Shown here piece by piece: positions 27,179 through 40,845 of a stretch of 64,000 nt of DNA. The notes beneath the pieces were generated by a model that was not told the origin of the DNA, made no database searches, and was given only the letters and a program-made list of their open reading frames with translations. The position numbers and the translations under genes were made by a program. How positions within the stretch are numbered: position 1 is the first letter of the stretch; the number at the start of each line of letters is the position of its first letter. This stretch comes from Eledone cirrhosa. Taxonomy: Eukaryota. The DNA lies in contig OZ024742.1 of assembly GCA_964016885.1 (NCBI GenBank), forward strand, positions 25,606,001-25,670,000, read 5' to 3'.

Positions 27179-27555
27179 ATTATTTATTCTTATACCAAAA
27201 CTGTGTACTGACATCTGTAGCTTGACAAGGTTTGTCTCCCCGATACTGGTATTTACAATGGGATGGTGTTTGGGGTCAGGGAATATGGAGGATGTCTTGG
27301 TTCAAGTATGGATATTCAGTTTGTAATTGGCTTTGTTTTCATGAGTGTATTAATCACGGGTTTGGCAATGGATGGTCTCCTCTGATCACAAAATCCCACA
27401 TACCCCCAGTCTATAATTAATGCCCTCACCCCAGCTTAGTAAATTTTGCTATTCTGTCTCCGGCTTAATTTCATTGTTAGTGATTCATATCGATACATCA
27501 GGAGAGAATCTAAGAACTTTATCTCATATTAAAAGAAACATTATATATGATAAAA

Positions 27556-27688
27556 CGCCTTGGCGGGATTCCATTCTGAGTTCAAATCCCGCCAAGGTTA
27601 ACTTTGCCTTTCATCCTTACGGGGTCGATAAAATAAAGTACCAGTAATGTATTGGGTAATTGCTAGCCTTGTGCCAAAAGTAGAAATA
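27556..27688 (+). mobile_element. Truncated SINE with 5' micro-inversion and 16-bp TSD
   Basis: TSD ATTATATATGATAAAA at 27540-27555 and 27689-27704. CCTTGGCGGGATT at the 5' end is the reverse complement of the internal AATCCCGCCAAGG. Confidence 0.9.
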
Positions 27689-28682
27689 ATTATATATGAT
27701 AAAAAGAACATAACAAGAAATCCCATATTTACGAGCTTACACTTTACAATTATCGATTCCTCTGACCCCCGTTTATTCCAACTCCCCCGCTTATAAGAAT
27801 TTAAACAAATATCTACCCCCCCCCCCCCACACACACGCCTATTATTTGGAACCTGAGAGTACACATTATCCGGAGATTCCGTGTGACACTAACGTTACTA
27901 GCCTGGTTCTTCGAAATACTTTTACACTCCGTCCGACAGGCTTCTAAACTACTTCTATTCAAACCAATCTTATTTACACGGTATGGGTAAACGTTAGGCT
28001 GAGGGCAATGGCTCCTGTCTAAGTTGACAAGGAGTGGAATCGAACGGAGAACCTAATGATTACTTAACGACCTTTTTATTCTTTCGACCAGGTTGCGTTA
28101 GGTCTCTCATACATAGTTATACGTAAGCATACACAGACATACACACACTCACAAAACATACTAACACACTGCCACACACGCAACATAGACACACTCGCAG
28201 CACATACGTAGACATTGTGTGAACATCGGTTTCATTGGGGTAGTTGGAAATCCATATAAAACTAAAACCTTGTTATCAGAAAAGAAAAAAAAAACAAACA
28301 TTATATTGAAGATCTCTTTTCAAATGTAATTTTACTAAGAGTTTCTGTTGTGTATCAGCGTTGTAGTTTGTTTTTAACTTCTGTACACGTCGTAGTAAGA
28401 ACTGACTGAAGAATGGCTTGAAGATAACAACACAACATACCGGAAGTACAGGGATGAAAGATATCAAAATAATAATGGAACAATAAAGAACAACAGAAAA
28501 AACACTAATAACAATAACAACAACAACAGCAATGTATAAAAACGTAGTAAATATTACTTGCACTTGAAATAATAAAAATAACAATACAAGATACAAACAC
28601 ACATATATATATACATATATATATATGTGTGTTTGTATCTTGTATTGTTATAACACACATATATATATACACATATATATAT

Positions 28683-28723
<41 letters not shown>

Positions 28724-28745
28724 ACAAGTTTATATATGGGCACTC

Positions 28746-28793
<48 letters not shown>

Positions 28794-29202
28794 TACAGAG
28801 AGAGAAGGCAAGAGAGAAATAAATAGATAGATATAGTAATGAGGTAATAGTGTATATTGAGATTTGTTGATACCTTGGTAAACTTGTAGCTTTTGTAAAC
28901 TGCCTACACAGTTTTGAGTGATTCACTTCTATTTGCATGGCTGTACAGCATAATTCAAACTTGAAGCCTTACATATTCGTTTATTAGTGGATTCAAATAA
29001 CAAACTGCCCGAACCCACTACCTACAGATGACTTACGGTAAAACCATTAGACTCGTCGTCCGAAATATTATCCCCCCCCCCCCACACCTTTCTACAAAGA
29101 CATGTTGTGAAGTGCATCATGTGTCACAATAGGTATCAAGGAACCCACACAAATAAGTTCATTATCAAGTCAAGCATAAAAAAAAGTTATAATGATAATA
29201 TA

Positions 29203-29378
29203 TGTGTCTACTTTTGACATAAGGCCAGCAATTACCCCAGTGCATTACTGGTGCTTTATTTTATCGACCCCGTAAGGATGAAAGGCAATGTTAACCTCGG
29301 TGGGATTTGAACTGAGAATGGAAAGGGCCATAACTCTATGCGTCAAAGCATGGCGTCCAACCCTCTACCGATACTGCT
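29203..29378 (-). mobile_element. Nin-domain SINE
   Basis: Matches the family consensus. Confidence 0.9.
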
Positions 29379-29626
29379 TACCACGAAATTGGTATTCTAA
29401 AATTCAGTCAACTTAAATGAATTATACAAAAATATATTTGCGTTAAATCAAACATTTTATCAGTTGTGTGTAACCACAGCCTACACGTCACTTTTATTAA
29501 ACAATATAAGCACCAGCCTGGATATTTTACTGTTGGTGGAGCTCCGTCAGTTAATACGATGAATGCTCGAGGCATTCGACTAAAATAACACACATGCCTG
29601 TGAAATGAACGTGTAAAATGACTTAG

Positions 29627-29863
29627 CAAGGGGGTGGATTTTGGTAGGGGTGGGCTCTCATGCACCAAAAATTAGAATACACAGCAACCCCCCAATTTTA
29701 CATATCTAGGTTAGCTTGAAATAAGAAATTTGAATTGAAAGGTTATACATACAGGTCTTAAATTCAAAATGTCTAACCATCCTAAAACTGAGGGCAAAAT
29801 AAATTGCTACGGCCGTAGTTGGTGGGGTACCACATTGAAGGGAGTCCATTAAATCCGGCCGTG
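29627..29863. mobile_element. MITE-like element, copy 2
   Basis: Ends TTAAATCCGGCCGTG; homologous to 25504-25749. Confidence 0.5.
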
Positions 29864-29959
29864 ACTGAGCACTCGACAAGCTCATTTATTATTAACGTAG
29901 TCCTCTGGTAGATTCAATTTCACACAGTATTTGACATGGTTGGTCATTTAATTTACAGG

Positions 29960-30105
29960 CACGACTCATTTTTGCCAGTTGAATGAACTGGAACAATGTG
30001 AAATAAAACATGTTAGTTAAAGATATGATACGCCGACAGGGCCTGGAGAAAACATACGATTTACGATCATGACCCAAACAACCTCAACCACTAAGCCACG
30101 TACCT
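29960..30105 (-). mobile_element. Old tRNA-headed SINE
   Basis: Reverse complement begins CGTGGCTTAGTGGTT (A box), followed by a decayed CORE-like body. Confidence 0.5.
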
Positions 30106-30361
30106 TCACCATCCTGGATAAGGGGACGTGATAACTCTATAAACTCTGTCTTCTCGTATTTTCCTGAAAATTATGTTAACTCCAAACCATGTCAGGCGAA
30201 ATTACTTCACACCGTATACTGAGTACATCCTCCCTTATTAATTATAAACAGAAGATAGATATATTGGATTGTGATTATGCGATTATATATTTACACGCAC
30301 AATATTAATATACATACATATCTATCTATCTATCTAGCTATATATATGTATATATATATAA

Positions 30362-30406
<45 letters not shown>

Positions 30407-31209
30407 TATACAAGCAGAGAGAAAAAAGTGTGAGAGAGAGAGACAGAGAAATGAATAGATGTTTGAAATATTTTATAAATATATATGGATATGTATGCAT
30501 TTACCTATCACATTTCTGTATGTGAGTGTGTATGTGTATGTGTGTGTGCGCTTATGGTGTTTCTCTGCAGGAATTTGCTAGACTACTAGAATATATTGAA
30601 GTAAAATAGCCTGAAGATCTGTGTGAAACAGTTAGATGTTTTAAAATTCATTTTATCCTTGAGCCTTCAACATAAGAAACGATAAGGAATAAAAAAAAAT
30701 ATTAACAGAGAGGTATGTGTGTGATGGGAGAGGAAGAGGGATAGATATCTATTGGTTTATCGATTAGTACTGCTTGATAGGGAAATGAAATTCCTCGCAG
30801 AAAACAGAATAATTTGGTGTTGAGAAAAATATTTATAGTTTAATGCTGCGTACGTTTGATATTTGGCTTCTCTCTCTTCGTTTTTATATCCTCTTACTCG
30901 GAACATATATTGAGTGTGACAGCAAGAGTGGTAGTTAGAGGAAGACGGATGGTTGGGGGAGGAAGTTGAGGTGGAGAATACATCACCACCACCACCACCA
31001 ACGGGCATAGCATTAGCAAACAACAAGGAATTGAAATGATTAAACGATAAAATATATTCTCAAGAATGGAATCTTGATAATATCCACAATAATATTTTTT
31101 CGTTACGCAAAAGGAGAATACTAACCTTCACACAAGTAGTCATACTTGCACACTCACACACCCACACACAGCCACACACATATATACATATATGGTACAT
31201 TCCATTTTA

Positions 31210-31241
<32 letters not shown>

Positions 31242-31303
31242 ACCTTTTATATATATATTTATATAAAGTATATATAAATGTATATATATATATATATACA
31301 TAA

Positions 31304-31480
31304 TGGTTTCTACATTTGGCTCAAGGCCACCAATTACCCAGTGTATTACTGTTAATTTATCCGTAAGGATAAAAGGCAAAGTTAAACCCGGCAGGATTTG
31401 AAATCAGTCTGTAAAAGGACGTAACTCTATGCTGAAAGCATGGTCTCCGACTCTCTACCAATACTGCCAATCCACCGCCC
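31304..31480 (-). mobile_element. Nin-domain SINE
   Basis: Matches the family consensus. Confidence 0.9.
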
Positions 31481-31499
31481 TCTCTCTCCCCCCTCCCCC

Positions 31500-31547
<48 letters not shown>

Positions 31548-31886
31548 GGAGTTGAGTTGCGACCGATAGATAATATTAGCAACTGGAAAGACCGATGAAA
31601 ACCTTGTTTCCTCGGTCCGATTTGACGGAAGTCGATGGATCCTTTTATATGTATATATATATATAATAATATATATAAGTATGTATACGTACATACATAT
31701 ACGTATACAGGCGTACAGTAGTATGTATATACATACATGCACACACATATATATATATATATATGTACGTATGGGTTTACCGAACAATTATTATAATGTT
31801 CGGTTTGTTTGTAAACAAACATCCCAAATTAAGCCGTACAGTGTTCGGCAACCATCGTTGCCCTTTTGTTCAACACTGACAAATGA

Positions 31887-31929
31887 ACGATGAACTAGTT
31901 TCTAGCTTATTAGCTGTCATCAGCACCGT
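31887..31929 (-). ncRNA. Minimal type I hammerhead (family E, left arm)
   Basis: Identical to 32284-32326 on the opposite strand. Confidence 0.8.
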
Positions 31930-32283
31930 AGTCCTTCCTGTCAGTTGATTGAACGTTTGAAAGTATATACTTTCCTTATGCATATTAACGGCTGAGCAGT
32001 CTAATTTGCATATCGAGTGAGTTAATCGGCCGGGCGTACCGAAAACGATAAATGGAGAAAATGAAATTTTATTTCTCACTCTTAGTACGGCTGATACTTA
32101 AATATAAGTATGTATACGTACATACATACAAAGAGTGAGACAAGAAATTTCATTTTTTCCATTTATCGTTTTCGGTACGCACGGCCGACTAACTCACACG
32201 ATATGCAATTAGGCTGCTCAGCCGTTAATATGCATAAGGAAAGTATATACTTTCAAGCGTTCAATCAACTGACAGGATGGTAT

Positions 32284-32326
32284 ACGGTGCTGATGACAGC
32301 TAATAAGCTAGAAACTAGTTCATCGT
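32284..32326 (+). ncRNA. Minimal type I hammerhead (family E, right arm)
   Basis: acggtg CTGATGA c-agct-aata-agct-a GAAA ctag TT catcgt. Confidence 0.8.
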
Positions 32327-32613
32327 TCCTTTGTCAGTGTTGAACAAAAGGGCAACGATGGTTGCCAAAGACTGCACGGCTTAATTTGGGCTGTTTGTTT
32401 ATAAACAAACTGAACATTATAATAAATGTTCGGTAAACCCATACGTACACATATATATATATATATGTGTGCATGTATGTATATATATACATACTACTGT
32501 ACGTCTGTATATATATATGTATGTACGTATACAAACTTATATTTAAGTATCAGCCGTACTAAGAGTGAGAAATGAAATTTCATTTTTTTCCAATATATAT
32601 ATAATACATATAA

Positions 32614-32798
32614 TTGTTTCTACATTTGGCACAAGGCCAGCAATTAAACAGTACATTACTGGTACTTTATTTCATCGACCCTGTAAGGATGAAAGGCAAA
32701 GCTAACCTTGGCGGGATTTGAACTCAGATCGTAAAGGACGTAACTATGCTGAAAAGCATGACGTCCGACTCTCTACCAATACTGCCAATCCACCGCCC
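32614..32798 (-). mobile_element. Nin-domain SINE
   Basis: Matches the family consensus. Confidence 0.9.
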
Positions 32799-32804
32799 TA
32801 ACTA

Positions 32805-33594
32805 TCTATATATATAAAACAGAGGATGTCTGTGTGTCTGTTTCCCTAAAACTCGAGAAGTACCCAACCGGTGTTTTTCAAACTTTATACATGTAACTCG
32901 TATGACCCCGGAAGTGTTTTGAGCAAATAAAATTTCAAATTTTCAATACCCTAGGGACCACATTAGGCGATTTAGCGATCTCTTTCTCTTTCTCTTAGTC
33001 TTTCTCTTTTTAGATAGGTACATAGATATGACGTCGCGCCTTCATAATATCTGTCTGTATGCCTGTATGTCTGCATTACGTCATTATGACGCGATCAGTG
33101 TGTGTGTGTATATATATTCTTATGCCAGGGAACGTCTTCACGAACCAAAGTGTCGTCTTCATGTTTTCCAGATTGATTTTTTTAGTTTAAGAAGATCCAG
33201 TTAAGGTTGAAAGCAGCGATTCTTTGCTTAAACATTAATATGTTATTTTAATATAGATATTCGTGTACAGATATTTTTGCATACACAAAAACAAAATATA
33301 AACAAACAAGGCCAAAGATTACATCAATTAGTCTTAGTGTATGTACTTCATACTGCTTTTAGGTAGAATATCCCGTTAAGGGTGAAAGCAGTGATTCTTT
33401 GCTTAAACTTTAGTCTGTTATTTTAATATATATATATATATATAATTATATATTTATGGACAGATATTTTTGCATACACAATAACAAAATATAAACAAAC
33501 GTATTTATTTCACGAGGTTCGATAAGGATAAATATATATCAAATATATAACAACCCTATAGCAAATTCCGAGCAACGCCAGGCCATTCTGCCAG
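32805..33594 (+). mobile_element. Non-autonomous Helitron carrying nested family D HHR copies
   Basis: A|TCTATATATATAAAAC start; first ~290 bp match 60061-60357; degenerate subterminal hairpin CCGAGCAACGCCAGG and CCAG|T end. Confidence 0.7.
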
Positions 33595-33606
33595 TAATAT
33601 ATATCA

Positions 33607-33741
33607 TTGTTTCTACGTTTGGCACAAGGCCAGCAATTACCCGGTGCAATACTGGTACTTTATTTTATCGACCCCATAAGGATGAAAGGCAAAGTTAACC
33701 TTGGCGGGATTTGAACTCAGACCGTAAAGGGACGTAACTAT
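33607..33741 (-). mobile_element. 5'-truncated Nin-domain SINE
   Basis: Matches the family consensus. Confidence 0.9.
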
Positions 33742-33756
33742 AATATATATAATAAT

Positions 33757-33828
<72 letters not shown>

Positions 33829-33840
33829 ATATATAATAAT

Positions 33841-33910
<70 letters not shown>

Positions 33911-33913
<3 letters not shown>

Positions 33914-34499
33914 AAAGTTGTATTTAAATTGTTGGGATACAACAAGCAAATATTTGTATAACTGATATAAAGCACTCGACAATATTTGGAGTAGATATAC
34001 GATATTAACAAATGGAAACTATATTTATAAAACCATATTTATTTCATTATACATATCTCAAGGATACCAAGTTAAATTATGGTATGCCTTCATCAGACAA
34101 AATACAATATATACCAGTTTTATAAATAGACATTGACGTACCCTTTTAAAATGAGACCGTTACTTTTGGAAGATATCAGGATAGTGGTTTGTTTACTTTA
34201 GTAAGTCATAGTCTTCTTTTTCTTTATCTATCTCTCCCTTTCTTTTCTCCACGTTTTTCTCTCTCCGTCTTTTTACTTATTCTTAACACTATGACTTACT
34301 AAAGTAAACAAACCACTATCCTGATGTCTTCCAAAAGTAACGGTCGCATTTTAAAAAGGTACGTCAATGTCTATTTATAAAACTGGTATATATTGTATTT
34401 TATCTGATGAAGGCATACCATAATTTAACTTGGTATCCTTGAAATATGTATAATGAAATAAATATGGTTTTATGAATATAGTTTCCATTTGTTAATATC

Positions 34500-34502
<3 letters not shown>
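33911..34502. mobile_element. Family A fold-back, ~215-bp arms (33998-34212 / 34288-34502), between (TA)n tracts
   Basis: Direct arm comparison; the left-arm HHR has GAAA mutated to GAGA. Confidence 0.9.
34396..34460 (+). ncRNA. Minimal type I hammerhead (family A)
   Basis: tattttat CTGATGA aggcatacca-taatttaact-tggtatcctt GAAA tatgta TA atgaaata. Confidence 0.85.
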
Positions 34503-34554
<52 letters not shown>

Positions 34555-34596
34555 TTCAAAATATTAATAAATATGGACATTCATGTGATCAAATAT

Positions 34597-34660
34597 ATTT
34601 TATTATATATATTTCATAGGTACTGTGCTGTTTCCTCAGTACATCCTCATCAGATAAAAT
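34597..34660 (-). ncRNA. Type I hammerhead (family B)
   Basis: attttat CTGATGA ggatgtactg..cagtacctat GAAA tatata TA ataaaat; base of stem II imperfect. Confidence 0.7.
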
Positions 34661-34729
34661 AAATTGATGTCTAACATACCTCAACTGTGCTGATGGTTAA
34701 ATTCCAGTCTTGGCAGTCTATATATATAT

Positions 34730-34920
34730 ATAGGAACGAGTAGGACCCCGACGGCTGAGCTGAAGCCGTTTCGACGGGTAATTCTGGACTCAAATTAGCC
34801 GTCGAAACGGCTTGAGCTCAGCCGTCGGGGTCCTACTCGTTTCTATTACCCACTCTACTACTAAGTATTGAGTACTTTGGTGCGGTATGGTTCATCTGGT
34901 TCCTTACCACATTTCCTTCG

Positions 34921-34923
<3 letters not shown>
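34730..34923. mobile_element. Family H fold-back, copy 2
   Basis: Arms at 34730-34783 and 34793-34846; tail as in 124-202; (TA)n on both sides. Confidence 0.8.
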
Positions 34924-34984
<61 letters not shown>

Positions 34985-36201
34985 GCGCACCAATAGATAT
35001 ATGTTCGAATCGGTATCCTCGTGCATAATATATATTAGAACTAGCTTGCTTGAATTTGTTACGAAATGGCGTCATTGTTTGAAGAAATATCTCCCCGAAT
35101 TTAGATCGCAAATGTCTAAGTGAAATACAGTATTAATAATTTAAAATTGTTTTCACCTTCTCAATGTACTTCATGCCAATAATCCAGAAGCGTATTTCGA
35201 CACTGACCATCTACATAGGGATGTGGCACGGAGGCGTCATATCAGCCATAGACAAAATGAGACTAGACGTACCGAAAGAAAGTTTCCGGGGAAACAACTT
35301 TGTAGGAAAAATAATTCTAAAATTATATAATTAGAGAAATATGGTGGGTATTTGCTAAATTCAGGCAGGAATAAATTTTGGCATTAATTTCTGCTGTTAT
35401 AGAAACAAGGAAAAATCAAAATATATATATTCTCACATATACATAGAGTAATTGCTTTTTCTGCTTGGTGGGTGGGCATAACATTTGTACAATGAAATCA
35501 AGAAATATAGCCGGGGAGAGAAGATAGATGGATAGGATAGAGATATCGGAGGATAGATAGATACAATATATTGAAAATTGGAGGGAAAAAAAGGAGAGTT
35601 TGCTTAAGAGAAATGGGAAAAGGGAGGGACAGAACGAGAGTTTGCTTAAGAGAAATGGAAAAAAGAAGCAAAGCAAATAAAACAAGATAGCGTGAGAGAC
35701 ACCACATTAAGGTGTAGTGAAAACAAGACGTGGATTCTGTCTTTGTGTTGAAGCAAATAAAATAATGTGAACATTGACTACATGTAATGTTTCCACAATT
35801 GGATTATTGCATTAATGGTTAGAATCTATTTTTGAAAGATATCCTAAAAATCTCCAAATCAGATTCGAATGTTAATCACATTGTGTCTGATTTATTATTT
35901 ACTTTCTTCATTTCGCTGATTTGATTTGCTGAGCTATCTATATCTAATTGCTACCGTGATTATCTTTAGTGATAACTTTTGCCAGCATCGTTGTCATCGT
36001 CGTCATCAACACCCACTCACCCACTCACACTTTCATGCCAAGTGAAACATCACAGATACAGAGGTAGCCATGATTTTTTTTTCTCTTATTCATTTACACT
36101 GATTGCACATGGCTTCGCAGTATATTTTTCTTTTTTCGATTACAAATATGGGACAGAAACAGAAATACACACACAACACAAATAAAGGCAAATATATATA
36201 A

Positions 36202-36260
<59 letters not shown>

Positions 36261-36404
36261 TGGGCACACATATTCATACACATACACACAGGGCACAGAT
36301 AAAGACCAATACATACACAGACAATAGCACAGACACACACATCACAAATACATACAAATGGATATATAAATATGAACATACACGGACGCACACACACACA
36401 AATA

Positions 36405-36625
36405 CACATCTAGGCTCATACCTTATATAGATAGGCAAACACACACCTTTAGGCTCGTAGCTTATATAGATAGGCACGCATACACACGCACACACACATA
36501 CATCTAGGCTCATAGCTTATATAGATAGGCAAACACACACCTCTGGGCTCGTAGCTTATATAGATAGGCACGCATACACACGCACACACACATCTAGGCT
36601 CATAGCAGCTATAGATAGGCGCGCA
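36405..36625. repeat. Minisatellite, 42-60 bp unit, 5 copies
   Basis: CTAGGCTCATAGCTTATATAGATAGGC core with variable (CA)n spacers. Confidence 0.9.
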
Positions 36626-36934
36626 CACACACACACACACATACACACACACACACATATATATAAAATACAAGCAGAGCTAAGCAGACACCGGCAGAGG
36701 TTCAGGAACATATATATTATATACACACAGACATAGATGCATATGCATTAATATACAGATACACATAAACACACTGCTTTACTTGTACACACACATACAC
36801 ATATATGTTTATATATAGTTTATATATGTATATATATGTTTATATATGTATATATATACATACTACTACACACAACCACACACACACACTCACACACACA
36901 TACACACACACACACTTATGGTTATATATAAATA

Positions 36935-37006
<72 letters not shown>

Positions 37007-37317
37007 AACACATACACACACACACACACACAAATATATATATATGTGTGTGTGTGTGTGTATGTATATGCATATTTCGAGATAGAGATAGAGAGATAGA
37101 GAGATAGAGAGAGGGAGAGAGAGAGAAAGAGAGAAAGAAATAGAGAAAGACACACACATACACTCACACGTATAGACCCATATCCATACAAATATATAAA
37201 TACAACGTTTACACATATATATATGCACACATATACACGTGCTACACACATATGCTCACTCTACACAAACATATTCACACGTTACTCAGATTTACACACG
37301 TTACACACATACGCACG

Positions 37318-37376
<59 letters not shown>

Positions 37377-37390
37377 CATTCATACATACA

Positions 37391-37458
<68 letters not shown>

Positions 37459-37467
37459 TACATATAA

Positions 37468-37507
<40 letters not shown>

Positions 37508-37669
37508 CTATATTTAGGCAAATCTCCAGCCATTATATGGAGTTTCTTCATATTTTTCCTTGGAAATCAATAGACACTTTATTTAAAAGGTTCTTTATCA
37601 TCACTGTTATTATTAGTAATAGAATTGACAGCATTACCACTACAATACTACGACTACTACTACTACTAT

Positions 37670-37720
<51 letters not shown>

Positions 37721-39148
37721 CACAATTATATCAATAATTATTATTTTCATCCTTGTGTTGTCCCTAGTGTCTTGGGCTCTTGTGGCCGTTAACAGATATT
37801 ATTATCAATTTTATTATTACTATCCACATCATCATCACCCTCACCATTATCACCGTGACCATGACCATCATCATCATCATCATCATTATCACCATCACCA
37901 TCATCATCATCCTCATTATTATTATGCGCACACTACTCCCAACATACAATAAACGAGTTGTTCTATTCATTAGCAGCAATGTAAAAATATTGTAATGTTG
38001 ATAATTTACAGTGATTTAGTGAATAAATTTCATATCTGATAATAGACTTAACTCTACACTTTCTCACCTTGTATAAGGCAATTTGGAGTTGAGTCAGAAT
38101 TGGCTACATGTCACATACTATAATGAGTTTAACACTGCCTCTGAATAGCCAGGCCAAAACCACAATATATCTGTAGTTGAACATATTTCTGCTTCATTCA
38201 ATTCTAGTTTTAACCCAATCTTACTTTACACTGAAAGACAAAATTTGCTTATATGAATAATATTATCTCTATAATATCCCAAGAAATGCTGAAATGGTTA
38301 AGATATCAACCGCCTTATTTTTACTCTATGAACCTCTACCTGCATGTCTTGAATATAAACTCCTTGTTCCTATGATCGTAAATCGCAGAGATTCTCAAAC
38401 GTTTTATGGCACCCCCCCCCCTCACGGCCACATAATACCCTAATCGCTCACAACCCTTTTTCTAGAGAGACCTGTCTACACGCAAATTTTAAATAATATA
38501 TAGTAAATAAAATCGTTAATTTATATATAATAAATAGTATAATATATATGTGTAAATTAATATCTTATATATTTTTTATTTTGCTATATTTATATACAAT
38601 ATCTATCATTTGATATTTAATATACTATTGTATCATCTCTACTGCCCCCCCCCCCTTAGGTTCCAGCACCCCCTGGACCTTCTCAAAGTTACCTGGGGAC
38701 TGGTACCGCCCAATGTCAGATCGTCCGCTATAGCGTATCATTATCAAATGCAACATCGCGATAGGGCGTTGTAAGGGAGTTGGAATCAGCGACCATACCA
38801 ACATTTCTGGGGTATTTTCTCGTCAAAGAAGCAAGAAAATGGCAGAAAATATGAGGCAGAAAATACAGATTTGTATCGTCGCTAACTCCATATCACCTTT
38901 TATACTTTTCTTTTCTTTCTTCGGATTTATATGAATATATCTATGTATGTAAATATGTGTCATTCTATGTTGAATTAGTCATACTACATGTCTGTTACTT
39001 CAATAAATAATATATATATAGATATATTTATCGGGGCTGGAAGACGTATTACAGTAATATATATATAATTGGAGGCTTAGTAAAATCGAATCTTTGGCGG
39101 TGTGCAAGCAAATTCGACCTACTATATGAATGAGTTAGCAAATCACTC

Positions 39149-39236
<88 letters not shown>

Positions 39237-39272
39237 ACCACACACACACATACACACACACACACACACACA

Positions 39273-39347
<75 letters not shown>

Positions 39348-39477
39348 ACAAGCAACTTTGTTTTTGAAACAGAGAGTGAGTTTGGAAGTTGAAATAGAAG
39401 CTTTCGCTGTGTTTTCGACTGAAGAAATTTTAGCCAGATAGTGGGTTTTAGAACACCTCTAAGGAATGGAAAATGAT

Positions 39478-39584
39478 GAGTATTGAGGTACATGGGGGTC
39501 GAACACACATATTTGGTTATCAAGACCACTACTATACCATTACACGAACACATCACCCATATATAAAATATGTGTGTACCTGTG

Positions 39585-39585
<1 letters not shown>
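39478..39585 (-). repeat. tRNA-like repeat (copy 1), inverted relative to 41335-41441
   Basis: Reverse complement GTGTAATGG...TGGTCTTGATAACCA...GTTCGACCCC. Confidence 0.55.
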
Positions 39586-39620
<35 letters not shown>

Positions 39621-39802
39621 AATATATCAACTAACATAAGCGCACAGATGCACGGCTATGCCAGCAAATACACAGGTTATGTCATAGTACCTAGGTGGTT
39701 CAATGCAGGAGGATGCAGAACAATAATAGAAAAGACGTAAAATGAGAAAATCCTTTTAAAAAAATTTTTTCAAAAAAATTTTACTTACTTACTTAAATTT
39801 TC

Positions 39803-39884
39803 ACTCCAACTAATTAGTTTCTGCAATGGGATAAAGACAGTTACGTAATCTAACTGTCGAGAATTCATTGCGTCATCAGGGAGT
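39803..39884 (-). ncRNA. Type I hammerhead (family F, left arm)
   Basis: Reverse complement of 40631-40712, with a 1-nt indel in loop II. Confidence 0.8.
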
Positions 39885-40630
39885 CTATTCTCAGCTAAGT
39901 CTCCAGGCAATGCGCGGACACTGGCGGCTCATATAAAAATAATAATAATTCGGTAGATGGAACAGCTAGCGAGGACTGAATTCCATGCTCTGAAATCCTC
40001 ACTGCCTCTAGTCAAATGGCCGATTCTAAAGAATCAATCACGTGACACAGAGGCTAGTCAGAAGAAATGGGATGGTAAGATGACAGACGCCTACTAACAC
40101 CCCCCAAAAAAATTTTTTTTAGAAGTGGTTTTGGCAGGTTTGCTCGACAAATCAGTGATTTGGAGATAAATATAGATAATTTAATATATCAACTAACATA
40201 AGCGCACAGATGCACGCCTATGCCAGCAAATACACAGGTTATGTCATAGTACCTAGGTGGTTCAATGCACGAGGATGCAGGAGGATGCAGGCGTGCATCT
40301 GTGCGCTTATGTTAGTTGATATATTAAATTATCTATATTTATCTCCAAATCACTGATTTGTCGAACAAACCTGCCAAAACCACTTCTAAAAAATTTTTTT
40401 TTCTGGGGGGGGGGGTGTTAGTAGGCGTCTGTCATCTTACCATCCCATTCCTTCTGACTAGCCTCTGTGTCACGTGATTGATTCTTTAGAATCGGCCATT
40501 TGACTAGAGGCAGTGATGATTTCAGTGCATGGAATTCAGTCCTCGCTACCTGTTCCATCTACCGAATTATTATTATTATTATATGAGCCGCCAGTGTCCA
40601 CGCATTGCCTGGAGACTTAGCTGAGAATAG

Positions 40631-40712
40631 ACTCCCTGATGACGCAATGAATTCTCGACAGTTAGATTACGTAACTGTCTTTATCCCATTGCAGAAACTA
40701 ATTAGTTGGAGT
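40631..40712 (+). ncRNA. Type I hammerhead (family F, right arm)
   Basis: actcc CTGATGA c-gcaatg-[loop with hairpin gacagtta/taactgtc]-cattgc-a GAAA ctaattag TT ggagt. Confidence 0.8.
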
Positions 40713-40776
40713 GAACATTTAAGTAAGTAAAAATTTTTTTGAAAACATTTTTTTAAAAGGATTTTCTTATTTTACG

Positions 40777-40845
<69 letters not shown>

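Larger units (their letters stand above)
31673..32593. mobile_element. Retrozyme-like 429-bp unit, circularly permuted, as an inverted pair
   Basis: ATATAAGTATGTATACGTACATACATA at 31673 and 32102; 32131-32593 is the reverse complement of the unit and runs across the unit junction; one HHR per arm. Confidence 0.8.
39614..40782. mobile_element. Retrozyme-like 562-bp unit, circularly permuted, as an inverted pair
   Basis: 39614-39718 is repeated at 40176-40280; ~490-bp inverted arms at 39730-40219 and 40289-40782; (TA)n on both sides. Confidence 0.85.

Noticed and set aside
30605-30640. CTGAAGA...GAAA hammerhead-like motif
   Set aside because: No stem II and no convincing stem I.
36405-36625. 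CRISPR-like repeat-spacer pattern
   Set aside because: The spacers are (CA)n variants rather than unique sequences, the context is eukaryotic and no cas genes are present.
38385-38730. hAT/Charlie-like MITE
   Set aside because: The left end CAGAGATTCTCAAAC is suggestive, but the right TIR and TSD cannot be verified.
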